Assembly (NCBI GenBank): GCA_046727955.1
Contig: JBKPDO010000170.1
Location: 3,230-67,229, forward strand
Direction: 5' to 3'
Length of the DNA stretch: 64,000 bases
Source: a bacterium
GTDB lineage: Bacteria; Actinomycetota; CALGFH01
The notes under the pieces are model-generated. The model saw only the letters and a list, made by a program, of their open reading frames with translations, was not told the DNA's origin and ran no database searches. The translations under genes were made by a program, and so were the position numbers. How positions within the stretch are numbered: position 1 is the first letter of the stretch; every line of letters begins with the position of its first letter. Below, in pieces: positions 19,330 to 28,453 of this stretch.

Positions 19330-20423
19330 GGGCCCGGCGGGACCAGGTCGAGGGCGGCGGTCTCCGGCAGGCCGAGGGCCAGGTTGGCGCACTGCACCGC
19401 CTGACCCGCGGCGCCCTTGACCAGGTTGTCGATGGCGGCCGCGGCCACCGCCCTGCCGCTGCGAGGGTCGGCGGCGGCGGCGACCTGGACGCGGTTGGTG
19501 GTGGCGACGGCGCGGGTGGCCGGCCAGGACGCCGGCGTGCCGGGGCCGACCAGGTCCACGAAGGGCTCGCCCCGGTAGGCCGCGGCGTAGCCGGCGGCGA
19601 GGTCCTCGTCGCCGACCCCGGGCACGAGCGCCGCGTAGCAGGTGGCCAGCAGACCTCGGCTCAGCGGCACCAGGTGCGGCGTGAACGAGACCGCCACCGG
19701 CCGCCCGGCCGCCCGGCCCAGCTCCTGCTCGATCTCTGGGGTGTGGCGGTGGCGGCCGACGCCGTAGGGGGTGACGCTCTCGTTCGCCTGCGCGAACAGG
19801 TACGCGTCCTTCAGGGAGCGGCCGGCGCCGGTGATCCCCGACTTGGCGTCGACCACGATGCCCTCCGGCTCCACCAGACCAGCCGCCACCAGGGGGGCGA
19901 GCGCGAGCAGGGCGGCCGTCGGGTAGCAGCCGGGCACCGCCACCTTCGTGGCGCCGCGCAGCTCCTCCCGGTACAGCTCGGGCAGCCCGTACGGCCATGC
20001 GCCCAGCTCCTCCGGATGGGCATGCTCGGCGCCGTACCACGCCGGATAGGCGGCCGCGTCGCGCAGCCGGAAGTCGGCGGAGAGGTCGACGGTCAGGCGT
20101 GCCCCCGCCTCCGCCACGCGCGGGGCGAGGGCGGCGGCCTGACCGTGCGGGAGGGCCATGAACAGCACGTCGGCGCCCTTGTCGAGCCCTTCCTCCAGGG
20201 AGCAGAAAGCGAGCTCGCCGTAGGCGGCGGCGAGGCCCGGGTAACGCGAGGCGACCGCCTGATGGGCCGTCGACTCTCCGCTTGCCCAGATCACCTCGAG
20301 GTCCGGATGGCGGGCCAGCAGGCGCAGTAGCTCTCCGCCCGCATAGCCGGATGCGCCGAGGACCCCGACGGACCCCTGGCGCGTCCGATGGATCTCGCGG
20401 GTCTCGCGGATCTCGCCACTCAT
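19326..20423 (-). CDS. argC: N-acetyl-gamma-glutamyl-phosphate reductase
   Basis: GASGYAGGEL, DLSADFRL, PGCYPTA and DNLVKGAAGQAVQ motifs. Confidence 0.97.
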   Translation of the reverse strand: MSGEIRETREIHRTRQGSVGVLGASGYAGGELLRLLARHPDLEVIWASGESTAHQAVASRYPGLAAAYGELAFCSLEEGLDKGADVLFMALPHGQAAALAPRVAEAGARLTVDLSADFRLRDAAAYPAWYGAEHAHPEELGAWPYGLPELYREELRGATKVAVPGCYPTAALLALAPLVAAGLVEPEGIVVDAKSGITGAGRSLKDAYLFAQANESVTPYGVGRHRHTPEIEQELGRAAGRPVAVSFTPHLVPLSRGLLATCYAALVPGVGDEDLAAGYAAAYRGEPFVDLVGPGTPASWPATRAVATTNRVQVAAAADPRSGRAVAAAAIDNLVKGAAGQAVQCANLALGLPETAALDLVPPGP

Positions 20424-20460
20424 GAGAATAACTATTCATCATTCCCTCATAATATGCAAG
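20423..20460. promoter_or_regulatory. Tandem ARG boxes (ArgR operator) at the argC promoter
   Basis: AT-rich island; the minus strand reads TTGCATATTATGAG then ATGAATAGTTATTCT, matching TG(A/C)AT-N4-AT(T/G)CA-type boxes, directly before argC. Confidence 0.8.
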
Positions 20461-20620
20461 CATCGCACGTTGTAGCGCCGCTTCCTGCGGTATTCGGTTG
20501 CGGGAAGCGGGTGAGGTATGCAAGGCTCGATGGAGTCAGCAGCCGAGCAAGCCAGGCGAGCAGCAAAGGAGCGCGACGAGCGGTGCGAGTCCGGCCGGGA
20601 ACCGATACGGACGCCGCATA

Positions 20621-21904
20621 GTGCTCCCCGAGATTTCCGACGAGCAGCCTTTCGCCTACGGCGACGGCGTGCTGTGCGTCGGCGGCCTGCCCCTCGACCA
20701 GGCGATCGAGGCCAGCGGCACGCCCGCCTACGTCTACGACCTGGATGCGGTGGCGGCTGCCTGGCAGCGGGTCGCCCGCGCCTTCGCGCCCATCAGCGGG
20801 CAGGTGCTGTACGCGGCCAAGGCCAACTCGAACCTGGCGCTACTGGCCCGGCTGGCGCGCCTTGGCGCTGGCTTCGACGTGGTCAGCGGCGGCGAGCTGG
20901 TCCGCGTGCTGCGCGCCGGTGGCGACCCGGCCCGCACCGTCTTCGCCGGTGTCGGCAAGACTCGTGAGGAGCTGGAGCTCGCGGCGGGCCGGGACGTGCT
21001 CGTCAACGTCGAGTCGGCCGACGAGCTGGAGGCGCTGCGGCGGGTCGCCGCCCACCTCGGCCGGCAGGCGCGCTTCGCCGTCCGCGTCAACCCCGACGTC
21101 GAGGTCGACACCCACGCCTATATCCAGACCGGGCACGACGAGGCAAAGTTCGGCGTGCCCGTGGAGGTCGCCCACGACCTGCTGAGCCGCGCCGCCAAGG
21201 GGGAGCTCCCAGAGCTGGCCCCGGTCGGCGTCCACGTCCACGTGGGCTCGCAGCTTCCAGACCCCGACGGGATGGTGACCGCCGCCAGGGTCGGCGTCGA
21301 GGTGATCGAGGCGGCCCGCGACGCCGGTCTCGACCTCGACTGGCTCGACGTGGGGGGCGGGTTGCCGATCGACTACCGCGGCTCGCGCCCGCCGCTGGGG
21401 CCAGAGGCGTTCGCCGAGGCGCTGGCGCCGGTCGTCGGCGGGCACGGCATCCGGCTTGCGGTGGAGCCGGGTCGCTACCTGGTGGGGCGCGCCGGCGCGC
21501 TGGTCGCTCGCGTGCTGTACCGCAAGCACCGCAGCGCCGGCCGCATGCTGGTGGTCGACACCGGCATGCACCACCTGATCAGGCCGGCGCTGTACCAGGC
21601 GGTGCACCGGATCGTGCCAGTGCGTGCGGCGGAGCCGGTCCTGCCGACCGAGGTGGTCGGGCCGATCTGCGAGTCGGCCGACGTGCTCGCCGGCGCCGCC
21701 GACCTGCCCGACCTGGAGCCGGGCGAGCTGGTCGCCATCCTCGACGCCGGCGCCTACGGCATGGTCATGGCCTCCAACTACAACTGCCACCCGCGGCCGG
21801 CCGAGGTCGTGGTAGAAGCGGGCGTGGCGACCGTGGCGCGCCGCCGCGAGACCTGGGAAGAGCTGCTCGCATGGGAGGCGCCGCTCAGCCCAGGCAACCG
21901 CTGA
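20621..21904 (+). CDS. lysA: Diaminopimelate decarboxylase
   Basis: YAAKANSN, HVHVGSQ, EPGRY, GPICESAD and GAYGMVMASNYN motifs. Confidence 0.95.
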   Translation: MLPEISDEQPFAYGDGVLCVGGLPLDQAIEASGTPAYVYDLDAVAAAWQRVARAFAPISGQVLYAAKANSNLALLARLARLGAGFDVVSGGELVRVLRAGGDPARTVFAGVGKTREELELAAGRDVLVNVESADELEALRRVAAHLGRQARFAVRVNPDVEVDTHAYIQTGHDEAKFGVPVEVAHDLLSRAAKGELPELAPVGVHVHVGSQLPDPDGMVTAARVGVEVIEAARDAGLDLDWLDVGGGLPIDYRGSRPPLGPEAFAEALAPVVGGHGIRLAVEPGRYLVGRAGALVARVLYRKHRSAGRMLVVDTGMHHLIRPALYQAVHRIVPVRAAEPVLPTEVVGPICESADVLAGAADLPDLEPGELVAILDAGAYGMVMASNYNCHPRPAEVVVEAGVATVARRRETWEELLAWEAPLSPGNR

Positions 21905-22078
21905 GCTGCCGCTTGGCCCCCGCTGAGCGGCGGCTGGGCGCCGGTGCCTCTGGAGCGCCGGTCAAGTAGGCGGCGCAGCATGCAGCGCCAGACCATACGT
22001 GCAGCTCCCAGCCCTGCGCGCCGCCCCCGGGCGGCCACCCAATCACCTCAATACCGGCTACTTGACCGGCGCTCCAGC

Positions 22079-22285
22079 TCAGCCGCCCGCCAGGGTGGTC
22101 TGCTGCTCGGGCGGCTCGTGCCCGATGACGTGCAGGCAGCCCGCGCTCGGGACGAACACCGACTCGCCGCCCGTGTCCCAGCGCACCGTGATCATCCTGC
22201 CGTCGATTCCGGTCACCGTTCCGGTCCTGGTCACGCTCCCGACCTTCTCGGACTCGATCTGGACGTGGTCGCCGACGCTGACCAT
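22079..22285 (-). CDS. Small SH3-like protein, DUF1918 family
   Basis: VGDHVQIES..VG...RTG.V....VRWDTGGESVFVP; AGGAGG RBS. Confidence 0.75.
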   Translation of the reverse strand: MVSVGDHVQIESEKVGSVTRTGTVTGIDGRMITVRWDTGGESVFVPSAGCLHVIGHEPPEQQTTLAGG

Positions 22286-22500
22286 GGCTGGACCTCCTGT
22301 CCTGACCGTGAAGGAGACGTCGTTCGAGTGTGCGGGACACCCCGCCCAGCTTCAAGCTCGAGTGCCGCCAGCCGGAGCGTCCATCCGGCCGGACCCCGGA
22401 GCCTCGGGGCCCGGGCCGCCCTGGCGGCCCCCGGACCTTTCATCTCCGGCCGGGTACGATGGGCACGTCAGCGGTACTCGGTCGGAGTCGTGAGGGCGGC

Positions 22501-23685
22501 ATGGCGGAGGTCCTTCTCGACGACGTGTCGCGGGTGCACGGGGATGGGGCCGTCGCCCTCGCCGGGCTGAGCCTGCACGTTCGCAACGGCGAGCTGCTGG
22601 CGCTGGTCGGGCCGTCAGGCTCTGGAAAGAGCACCACCCTGCGGCTGATCGCCGGCCTCGAGCCGGTCACCACCGGCACCATCACCATCGGCGGCCGGGT
22701 CGTGAACCACCTGCAGCCGCAGGAGCGCAACGTCGCCATGGTTTTCCAGGGCGAATCCCTCTACCCCCATCTCACCGCCGGCCGCAACCTGCGCTTCGGG
22801 CTCGAAGTGGGCCGCGTGCCCAAGCAGGAGATCGACCTGCGCGTGCAGGCGGAGTCGCGCGTGCTGGGCGTGGCGCGGCTGCTCAACCGCCTGCCGAGGG
22901 CGCTCTCCGCCGGCCAGCGGCAGCGGGTGGCCGTGGGCCGGGCGACCGTGCGGGTGCCCGCGGCGTTCCTGCTCGACGAGCCGCTCACCCACCTGGACGC
23001 CGCCCAGCGCAACCACCTGCGCATCGAGCTGGTCCGCCTACTGCGCGGGCTCGAGGTCACCGCCATCTACGTGACCCACGACCAAGCCCAGGCCATGGCG
23101 ATCGGCGACCGCATCGCGGTGCTGCGCGCTGGCCGCCTCGAGCAGGCCGGCAGCTCGCGGGATCTCTACCGGCGACCGGCCAACATCTTCGTGGCCAGCT
23201 TCCTCGGCACACCGGGCATGTCGCTGCTGATGGCGAGCCTGGAGCGCGACGCCGACGGCGACTGGATCGTCATCGGTCGGCAGCGGCTCGGCTTTCCCGG
23301 CGTGCCGTCCGGCCCACTGCGCTCTTACCTGGGCCGGCGGGTGGTGGTCGGTCTGCGGCCAGAGCACGCCGGCGACGCCCGCCTGGCGCCGGACGGGGCG
23401 CGGGGCCGGCGCCTGCGCCTGGCCGTCTTGCGGGTCGATCATCTCGGCCCGGAGCAGCTGGTCGCCTGCGCCGTGGACGTGCCGGCGATCACGGTCCCCG
23501 ACGCTCCCGAGACGGCAGGGGAAGAGAGCCGCGGCAGCGGCGGCGCCGAAGGCGCCACCCTCCTCGCGCGCTTCCCGCGCCACGCCACCGTCCACCGCGG
23601 CGAGCTTGTCGACCTCGCGATCGACGTGACGCAGCTCTCCTACTTCGACCCCGCCTCCGGAGTCGCCCTTTGGCACCCGACCTGA
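22501..23685 (+). CDS. Sugar ABC transporter ATP-binding protein (MalK/MsiK-like), orphan
   Basis: GPSGSGKST, LSAGQRQRVA, LLDEPL and YVTHDQ motifs plus a TOBE-like C-terminus; no permease is adjacent. Confidence 0.92.
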   Translation: MAEVLLDDVSRVHGDGAVALAGLSLHVRNGELLALVGPSGSGKSTTLRLIAGLEPVTTGTITIGGRVVNHLQPQERNVAMVFQGESLYPHLTAGRNLRFGLEVGRVPKQEIDLRVQAESRVLGVARLLNRLPRALSAGQRQRVAVGRATVRVPAAFLLDEPLTHLDAAQRNHLRIELVRLLRGLEVTAIYVTHDQAQAMAIGDRIAVLRAGRLEQAGSSRDLYRRPANIFVASFLGTPGMSLLMASLERDADGDWIVIGRQRLGFPGVPSGPLRSYLGRRVVVGLRPEHAGDARLAPDGARGRRLRLAVLRVDHLGPEQLVACAVDVPAITVPDAPETAGEESRGSGGAEGATLLARFPRHATVHRGELVDLAIDVTQLSYFDPASGVALWHPT

Positions 23686-23698
23686 GCCCACTCGCGTC

Positions 23699-23800
23699 CC
23701 CGAGGAGGCCCGCCTCGACCCTGCCGGCGGCCCCTTCCGGGTCTGGCTGGTCCGCGCCCCCGAGCCCAAGACGGTCAAGAACCGCGTGCACATGACTTGA
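23699..23800 (+). pseudogene. Fragment of a VOC/glyoxalase-like gene
   Basis: Short frame DPAGGPFRVWLVRAPEPKTVKNRVH matches the EPKTxKNRxHxD motif; no start and truncated. Confidence 0.6.
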
Positions 23801-23939
23801 GGTCAGAGGCGTCCGGGCCGATCCTCGGCACCCGCCAACGCTCTGCGCCCGCCACCGGCGAAACTTTGCAGTCCACCTCCGATGCCCTTCCGCTGTAGAC
23901 TGAGCGGTAGACGATTCCCGCGACAGGGTGGAGAGCGCA

Positions 23940-24188
23940 ATGGCATCGACGACCGTGCGCGTGACCGAGCATACCCACAGAGTTCTGCGCGAGCTGGCCG
24001 AGGCCACCGGCGAGCCGTTGCAGCAGGTTCTCGAAGAGGCGGTCGAGCAGTATCGTCGCGAGCGGTTCTTCGCCGACCTCCAGGCCGCCTACGAGCGCCT
24101 CGCAGCCGACCGGGCCGCCTGGCAGGACGAGCTGGCCGAGCGGGCAGAGCTGGACGGCACGCTGGCAGACGGCCTCGACGAGACGTGA
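23940..24188 (+). CDS. Ribbon-helix-helix type antitoxin
   Basis: MASTTVRVTEHTHRVLRELA...TLADGL; overlaps the toxin start (GTGA). Confidence 0.85.
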   Translation: MASTTVRVTEHTHRVLRELAEATGEPLQQVLEEAVEQYRRERFFADLQAAYERLAADRAAWQDELAERAELDGTLADGLDET

Positions 24189-24529
24189 AGACCATCCGCC
24201 GTGGTGAAGTCTGGCTCGCCGACCTGAACCCAACCCGCGGACGCGAGCAGACCGGCCAGCGCCCTGTCCTCATCGTCTCCGCTGACCCGTTCAACCAGAG
24301 CCCAGCCGGGCTGATCATCGCGGTCCCGCTCACCACGCGCAGGCGGGGCATCCCGACTCACATCGAGGTTCGCCCGCCGGACGGAGGGTTGCGCGATGTC
24401 AGCTTTGCCATGTGCGAGCAGCTCCGCACACTAGCGGCTGACCGACTTGCTTCCCGTCCGTTCGGCAGTGTGTCCTCTGCCGTCCTGCGCGCCATCGAGG
24501 ATCGCCTGCGACTCCTGCTCGTGCTCTGA
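24185..24529 (+). CDS. mazF: PemK/MazF family mRNA interferase toxin
   Basis: RGEVWLADLNPTRGREQTGQRPVLIVS...VPLTT...CEQLRTL. Confidence 0.92.
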   Translation: MKTIRRGEVWLADLNPTRGREQTGQRPVLIVSADPFNQSPAGLIIAVPLTTRRRGIPTHIEVRPPDGGLRDVSFAMCEQLRTLAADRLASRPFGSVSSAVLRAIEDRLRLLLVL

Positions 24530-24625
24530 TCGCCCACGAGCCAGCAGCCGGACGTAGAAGGTCGTTCACAGGCAATCGCCGAAGGCGACGAGTTCTGCGC
24601 CGTCCCTCTCACGGAATGACGCGGG

Positions 24626-25117
24626 TCAAATGCGGCGGTACATGATGTGCAGCCCGACGTAGCCCTTGACCGGGTGGTGGAAGCCTTCCGGCACGGTCGC
24701 CAGCACCTCGAAGCCGAGCGATCGCCATAGCGCGACCGCCCGGGTGTTGGTCTCTACGACGGCGTTGAACTGCATCGCGCGGTAGCCGTCGGCGCGCGCC
24801 TGCTCGAGGACGTGCTCGCCCAGGGCCCGGCCGACGCCACGCCCGGCGTGCGCTGGATGGACCATGAAGCCCGCGTTGGCGATGTGCGCGGCGGGCCCGC
24901 CGTGGTTGGGGTGGGTCTCGGCCGTGCCGAGAACTGTTCCGTCGGGGTCGACCGCGACCACGGTCCGGCCGCCGGGGGGCTCGTGGAGCCACATCGCGCG
25001 GGCCTGCTCCTCGCCGAGGTCGCGGTCCCAGGAGAAGGTCTCGCCGGCGGCGACGATGCCGCGCATGAAGGCCCAGATCGCCGGCCAGTCATCCGTTGTC
25101 GCGTCCCTGATCAGCAT
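24626..25117 (-). CDS. GNAT family N-acetyltransferase
   Basis: VHPAHAGRGVGRALG and MQFNAVVETNTRAVALWRSLGF motifs. Confidence 0.92.
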   Translation of the reverse strand: MLIRDATTDDWPAIWAFMRGIVAAGETFSWDRDLGEEQARAMWLHEPPGGRTVVAVDPDGTVLGTAETHPNHGGPAAHIANAGFMVHPAHAGRGVGRALGEHVLEQARADGYRAMQFNAVVETNTRAVALWRSLGFEVLATVPEGFHHPVKGYVGLHIMYRRI

Positions 25118-25236
25118 GGATCCAGCATGGTGGCCCTCGGACCGGCCCGCAAGCGGGTTCGGATGGTGCCTCGACGCCGGCCCTCTGCGGACAAGGTCCC
25201 TCCATTCGTGGCCGGTCGCTGGCGTACGACGTTGCG

Positions 25237-25272
25237 GACGGTCTTTGAGACGGTCTTTGAGACGGTCTTTGA
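25237..25272. repeat. 12-bp tandem repeat x3 in the GNAT-metE divergent region
   Basis: GACGGTCTTTGA x3. Confidence 0.9.
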
Positions 25273-25354
25273 CAGGCGTGAGGTGACGCGGACATGCTGA
25301 GGGCGTACCTGGTTCGCTTGCCTGGCGATCCGCGGATGTTTCCCGTGAAACCAA

Positions 25355-25580
25355 GCGGCTGGTGAGGCTGGCGAGGTAAGAGGGAATCCGGTGCAAGACC
25401 GGAACTGCCCCGCAGCGGTGAGCGGGAACGACCGCCATCAGGAGCACTGGGGTGATGAGCCCTGGGAAGCGATGGCCAGTAGGTATCCCCCGGCCACGGC
25501 GGGGGCGAGCGTGGCCGGCAACGCCTGCCGCGGCGCCCCGACCACCGGACGGCCCGCAAGTCCGAAGACCTGCCAGGTGC
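25355..25580 (+). promoter_or_regulatory. Cobalamin (B12) riboswitch
   Basis: AGGGAATCCGGTGCAAGACCGGAACTGCCCCGCAGCGGTGA...GCACTGGG...CCTGGGAAG...AAGTCCGAAGACCTGCC (B12 box), upstream of metE. Confidence 0.95.
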
Positions 25581-25629
25581 CCGCGGAACTGCGCGGCCAC
25601 CGTCCGAGGCGCCTCGAGGGAGGGCACCC

Positions 25630-27927
25630 ATGACAAGCTCGACCATCCCCGGCTTCCCACGTATTGGTCCCAGACGTGAGCTCAAGACCGCCGTCGAGAG
25701 CTACTGGGCTGGCGGCCTGACGGCCGGGGAGCTGGACCGGACCGCCCGCCAGCTCCGGCGCGACACCTGGTCCTTCCTTCGGGAGGCGGGGCTCGAGCAG
25801 ATCCCGTCCAATCACTTCTCCCTGTACGACCATGTGCTCGACACGGTGGTCATGGTCGGCGCCGTCCCGGAGCGCTTCCGCGACGGGCTCCCGCGCACGG
25901 CAGCGGGGACGCTCGACCGCTACTTCGCGATGGCCCGAGGTCGGCAAGGCGCCGCGCCGATGGAGATGACCAAATGGTTCGACGTCAACTACCACTACCT
26001 GGTCCCAGAGCTCGGTCCCAAGACGAGGTTCCAGCTCGACGCGAGCAAGCCGCTCGGTGAGCTGGCCGAGGCGAAGGCGCTCGGCATCACCACGCGGCCG
26101 GTGCTGCTCGGCCCGGTGACCTTCCTGCTCCTGGCCAAGCCAGCGTCCGGCGCGCCGGCTGGCTTCGACCGCCTGCAGCTCCTCGACCCCCTACTCGAGA
26201 CGTATGCCGAGCTGCTCGACGAGCTGGAGGCGGCCGGAGCCGAGTGGGTGCAGCTCGACGAGCCCGCCTTCGTCCAAGACCGCTCCTCCGCCGAGCTCGA
26301 CGCGCTGGCTCGCGCCTACGACCGGCTCGGCCGTGAGCCGCACCGGCCCAAGCTGCTGGTCTCGAGCTATTTCGATCACCTCGGTGAGGCGCTCGGCCTG
26401 CTCGCGCAGGCGCCAGTCGACGGGATCGGGCTCGACTTCACCCGTGCGGGCGCGAGGAACCTCGAGCTGCTCGCGCGGACCGGCGGGCTGGGTGACAAGA
26501 CGCTGGTCGCCGGCGTCGTCGACGGTCGCAACGTGTGGGTGAGCGGCCTGGAGCGCTCGCTCGCCACGCTCGCCATGCTGCTCGGGCTTGCCGGCGAGGT
26601 GGTGGTGTCCACCTCCTGCTCGCTGCAGCACGTGCCGGTCGACCTCGAGGCCGAGACCCGCCTCGATCCCGAGGTGCGGCCGTGGCTCGCCTTCGCGCGC
26701 CAGAAGGTCGTCGAAGTGGTCACGCTGGCCCGGGGTCTGCGCGAGGGCGCCAGCGCGATCGCCGCCGAGCTCGAGGCCAACCGGCGGGTACTCGAGACGC
26801 GGCGGCGGTCGGAGCGGACCCGCGACCCGGCGGTGCGCGAGCGGGTCGGCGCGGTGGGCGAGGACGCGCTCCACCGTGCCAGCCCGTACGAGGTGCGCCG
26901 CAAGGCGCAGCAGGCCCAGCTCGGCCTCCCGCTGCTGCCGACCACGACGATCGGGTCGTTCCCGCAGACCCAGGAGGTGCGGGCGGCGCGGGCGGCCGCC
27001 CGCCGCGGCGAGATCGGCTCAGGCGAGTACGAGGCGCGTATGAGGGAGGAGATCGCCAGGATCGTCCGGCTCCAGGAGGACCTCGGCCTGGACGTGCTGG
27101 TGCACGGAGAGCCCGAGCGCAACGACATGGTGCAGTACTTCGGCGAGCTGCTCGAGGGCTATGCCTCGACCGATCACGGCTGGGTGCAGTCCTACGGGTC
27201 CCGCTATGTGCGGCCGCCGATCCTTTACGGCGACGTGCGGCGCGCGCGGCCGATGACCGTTGCCTGGACCGCCTATGCCCAATCGCTCACGACCAGGCCG
27301 GTCAAGGGCATGCTCACCGGACCGGTCACCATGCTCGCCTGGTCGTTCGTGCGCGACGACCAGCCCGAGGCAGAGACCGCGCGGCAGGTGGCCCTCGCCC
27401 TGCGCGACGAGGTAGCCGACCTCGAGCGGCGCGGCATCGGGATCGTGCAGGTCGACGAGCCGGCGCTGCGCGAGAGGCTGCCGCTGCGGCGGGAGCGCCG
27501 CGCCGAATACCTGGACTGGGCGGTGAGCAGCTTCTGGCTGGCGACCGCGGGGATCCGGGACGAGACGCAGCTCCACACCCACATGTGCTACTCGGAGTTC
27601 GGCGACGTCCTCGACGCTATCGCCGCGCTCGACGCCGACGTGGCCTACGTCGAGGCCGCGCGCTCCCGCATGGAGCTGGTGCGCGACCTGCGTGGGACGG
27701 GCTACCCGAAGGAGATCGGGCCGGGCGTGTACGACATCCACTCCCCCCGGGTGCCGACCGCCGCCGAGATGCGGGAGCTGATCGAGGCCGGCCTGCGTGT
27801 TCTCCAGCCCGCCCAGGCATGGGTCAACCCTGACTGCGGCCTCAAGACACGCGCCTACGACGAGGTCGTCCCGGCGCTGCGCAACATGGTCGAGGCCGCC
27901 GTCGCGGTCCGCGGGCGCCTCGTCTGA
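25630..27927 (+). CDS. metE: Cobalamin-independent methionine synthase
   Basis: EMTKWFDVNYHY, TTTIGSFPQT, HMCYS and WVNPDCGLKTR motifs. Confidence 0.98.
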   Translation: MTSSTIPGFPRIGPRRELKTAVESYWAGGLTAGELDRTARQLRRDTWSFLREAGLEQIPSNHFSLYDHVLDTVVMVGAVPERFRDGLPRTAAGTLDRYFAMARGRQGAAPMEMTKWFDVNYHYLVPELGPKTRFQLDASKPLGELAEAKALGITTRPVLLGPVTFLLLAKPASGAPAGFDRLQLLDPLLETYAELLDELEAAGAEWVQLDEPAFVQDRSSAELDALARAYDRLGREPHRPKLLVSSYFDHLGEALGLLAQAPVDGIGLDFTRAGARNLELLARTGGLGDKTLVAGVVDGRNVWVSGLERSLATLAMLLGLAGEVVVSTSCSLQHVPVDLEAETRLDPEVRPWLAFARQKVVEVVTLARGLREGASAIAAELEANRRVLETRRRSERTRDPAVRERVGAVGEDALHRASPYEVRRKAQQAQLGLPLLPTTTIGSFPQTQEVRAARAAARRGEIGSGEYEARMREEIARIVRLQEDLGLDVLVHGEPERNDMVQYFGELLEGYASTDHGWVQSYGSRYVRPPILYGDVRRARPMTVAWTAYAQSLTTRPVKGMLTGPVTMLAWSFVRDDQPEAETARQVALALRDEVADLERRGIGIVQVDEPALRERLPLRRERRAEYLDWAVSSFWLATAGIRDETQLHTHMCYSEFGDVLDAIAALDADVAYVEAARSRMELVRDLRGTGYPKEIGPGVYDIHSPRVPTAAEMRELIEAGLRVLQPAQAWVNPDCGLKTRAYDEVVPALRNMVEAAVAVRGRLV

Positions 27928-27950
27928 GACGCCCGGGACCACGTCATTTC

Positions 27951-28043
27951 GCGGTGAGGCGGGGCGATCGGCGGAAACCCGGGACCCGAAGCCCCACGGC
28001 TCCGGTCAAAGGGTAAAGTTCCCACGTCCCCCGCCTCACCGGC
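27951..28043 (-). ncRNA. Candidate ~93-nt structured small RNA
   Basis: 13-bp terminal stem CGGTGAGGCGGGG/CCCCGCCTCACCG, nested inner stems, a pyrimidine-rich loop TTTACCCTTTGA and a TACCCT -10-like hexamer at 28055-28050 just upstream. Confidence 0.55.
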
Positions 28044-28248
28044 AGGTCAAGGGTAGCGCCCAGGCCCGACAAGCGCGACCATGACACGGCGTGCGCGATG
28101 GCCGGCCGAATGCCGACGGCCCCGGGCGCGGCGAGCGCCAAAAATTCCTGGTGGCTTTCGAGGACGCCGACGGCCTCACGCTGTGAGGCAATCACGGCGA
28201 CGCGCTCGCAGGCGGCGCATGGATTCTCACGCCGGGCCGTTGCCGTTG

Positions 28249-28279
28249 GGCGTGGTCGGAGCGACCAGGAAGGTCAGCA
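28249..28279 (+). repeat. attL: 31-bp direct repeat
   Basis: GGCGTGGTCGGAGCGACCAGGAAGGTCAGCA, 30/31 identical to 51124-51154. Confidence 0.9.
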
Positions 28280-28453
28280 TTTTCATGGCGCGTCGTAGAA
28301 GAGCAACGCCAGTACGCTGCAAAAACGTTCGGATCTGCCCGCTGACCTGCGAAAACGACCCCTCGCCGGGCTTTCCAAGGTATAGCCTGACTCTATGTGA
28401 CTCTACGGGCGGGACGGACCCGCTGCGGACCCGACGCGGACCCGGGACAAGCG

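Noticed and set aside
18037-20523. 828-aa argJ fusion ORF (likewise the extended argH, 985-2943, 36265-37647 and 33142-34383 starts)
   Set aside because: The upstream parts are alternative frames over neighbouring genes; real starts were placed at coupled or RBS-supported codons.
27951-28043. SRP RNA, tRNA-Sec or c-di-GMP riboswitch
   Set aside because: Lacks the SRP helix-8 GGAA/GCAG motif, a UCA anticodon arm and the GEMM consensus; kept only as an unassigned ncRNA candidate.
28200-28330. tRNA or tmRNA at the attachment site
   Set aside because: No cloverleaf, T-loop or CCA end; the core repeat is protein-coding CPBP sequence.
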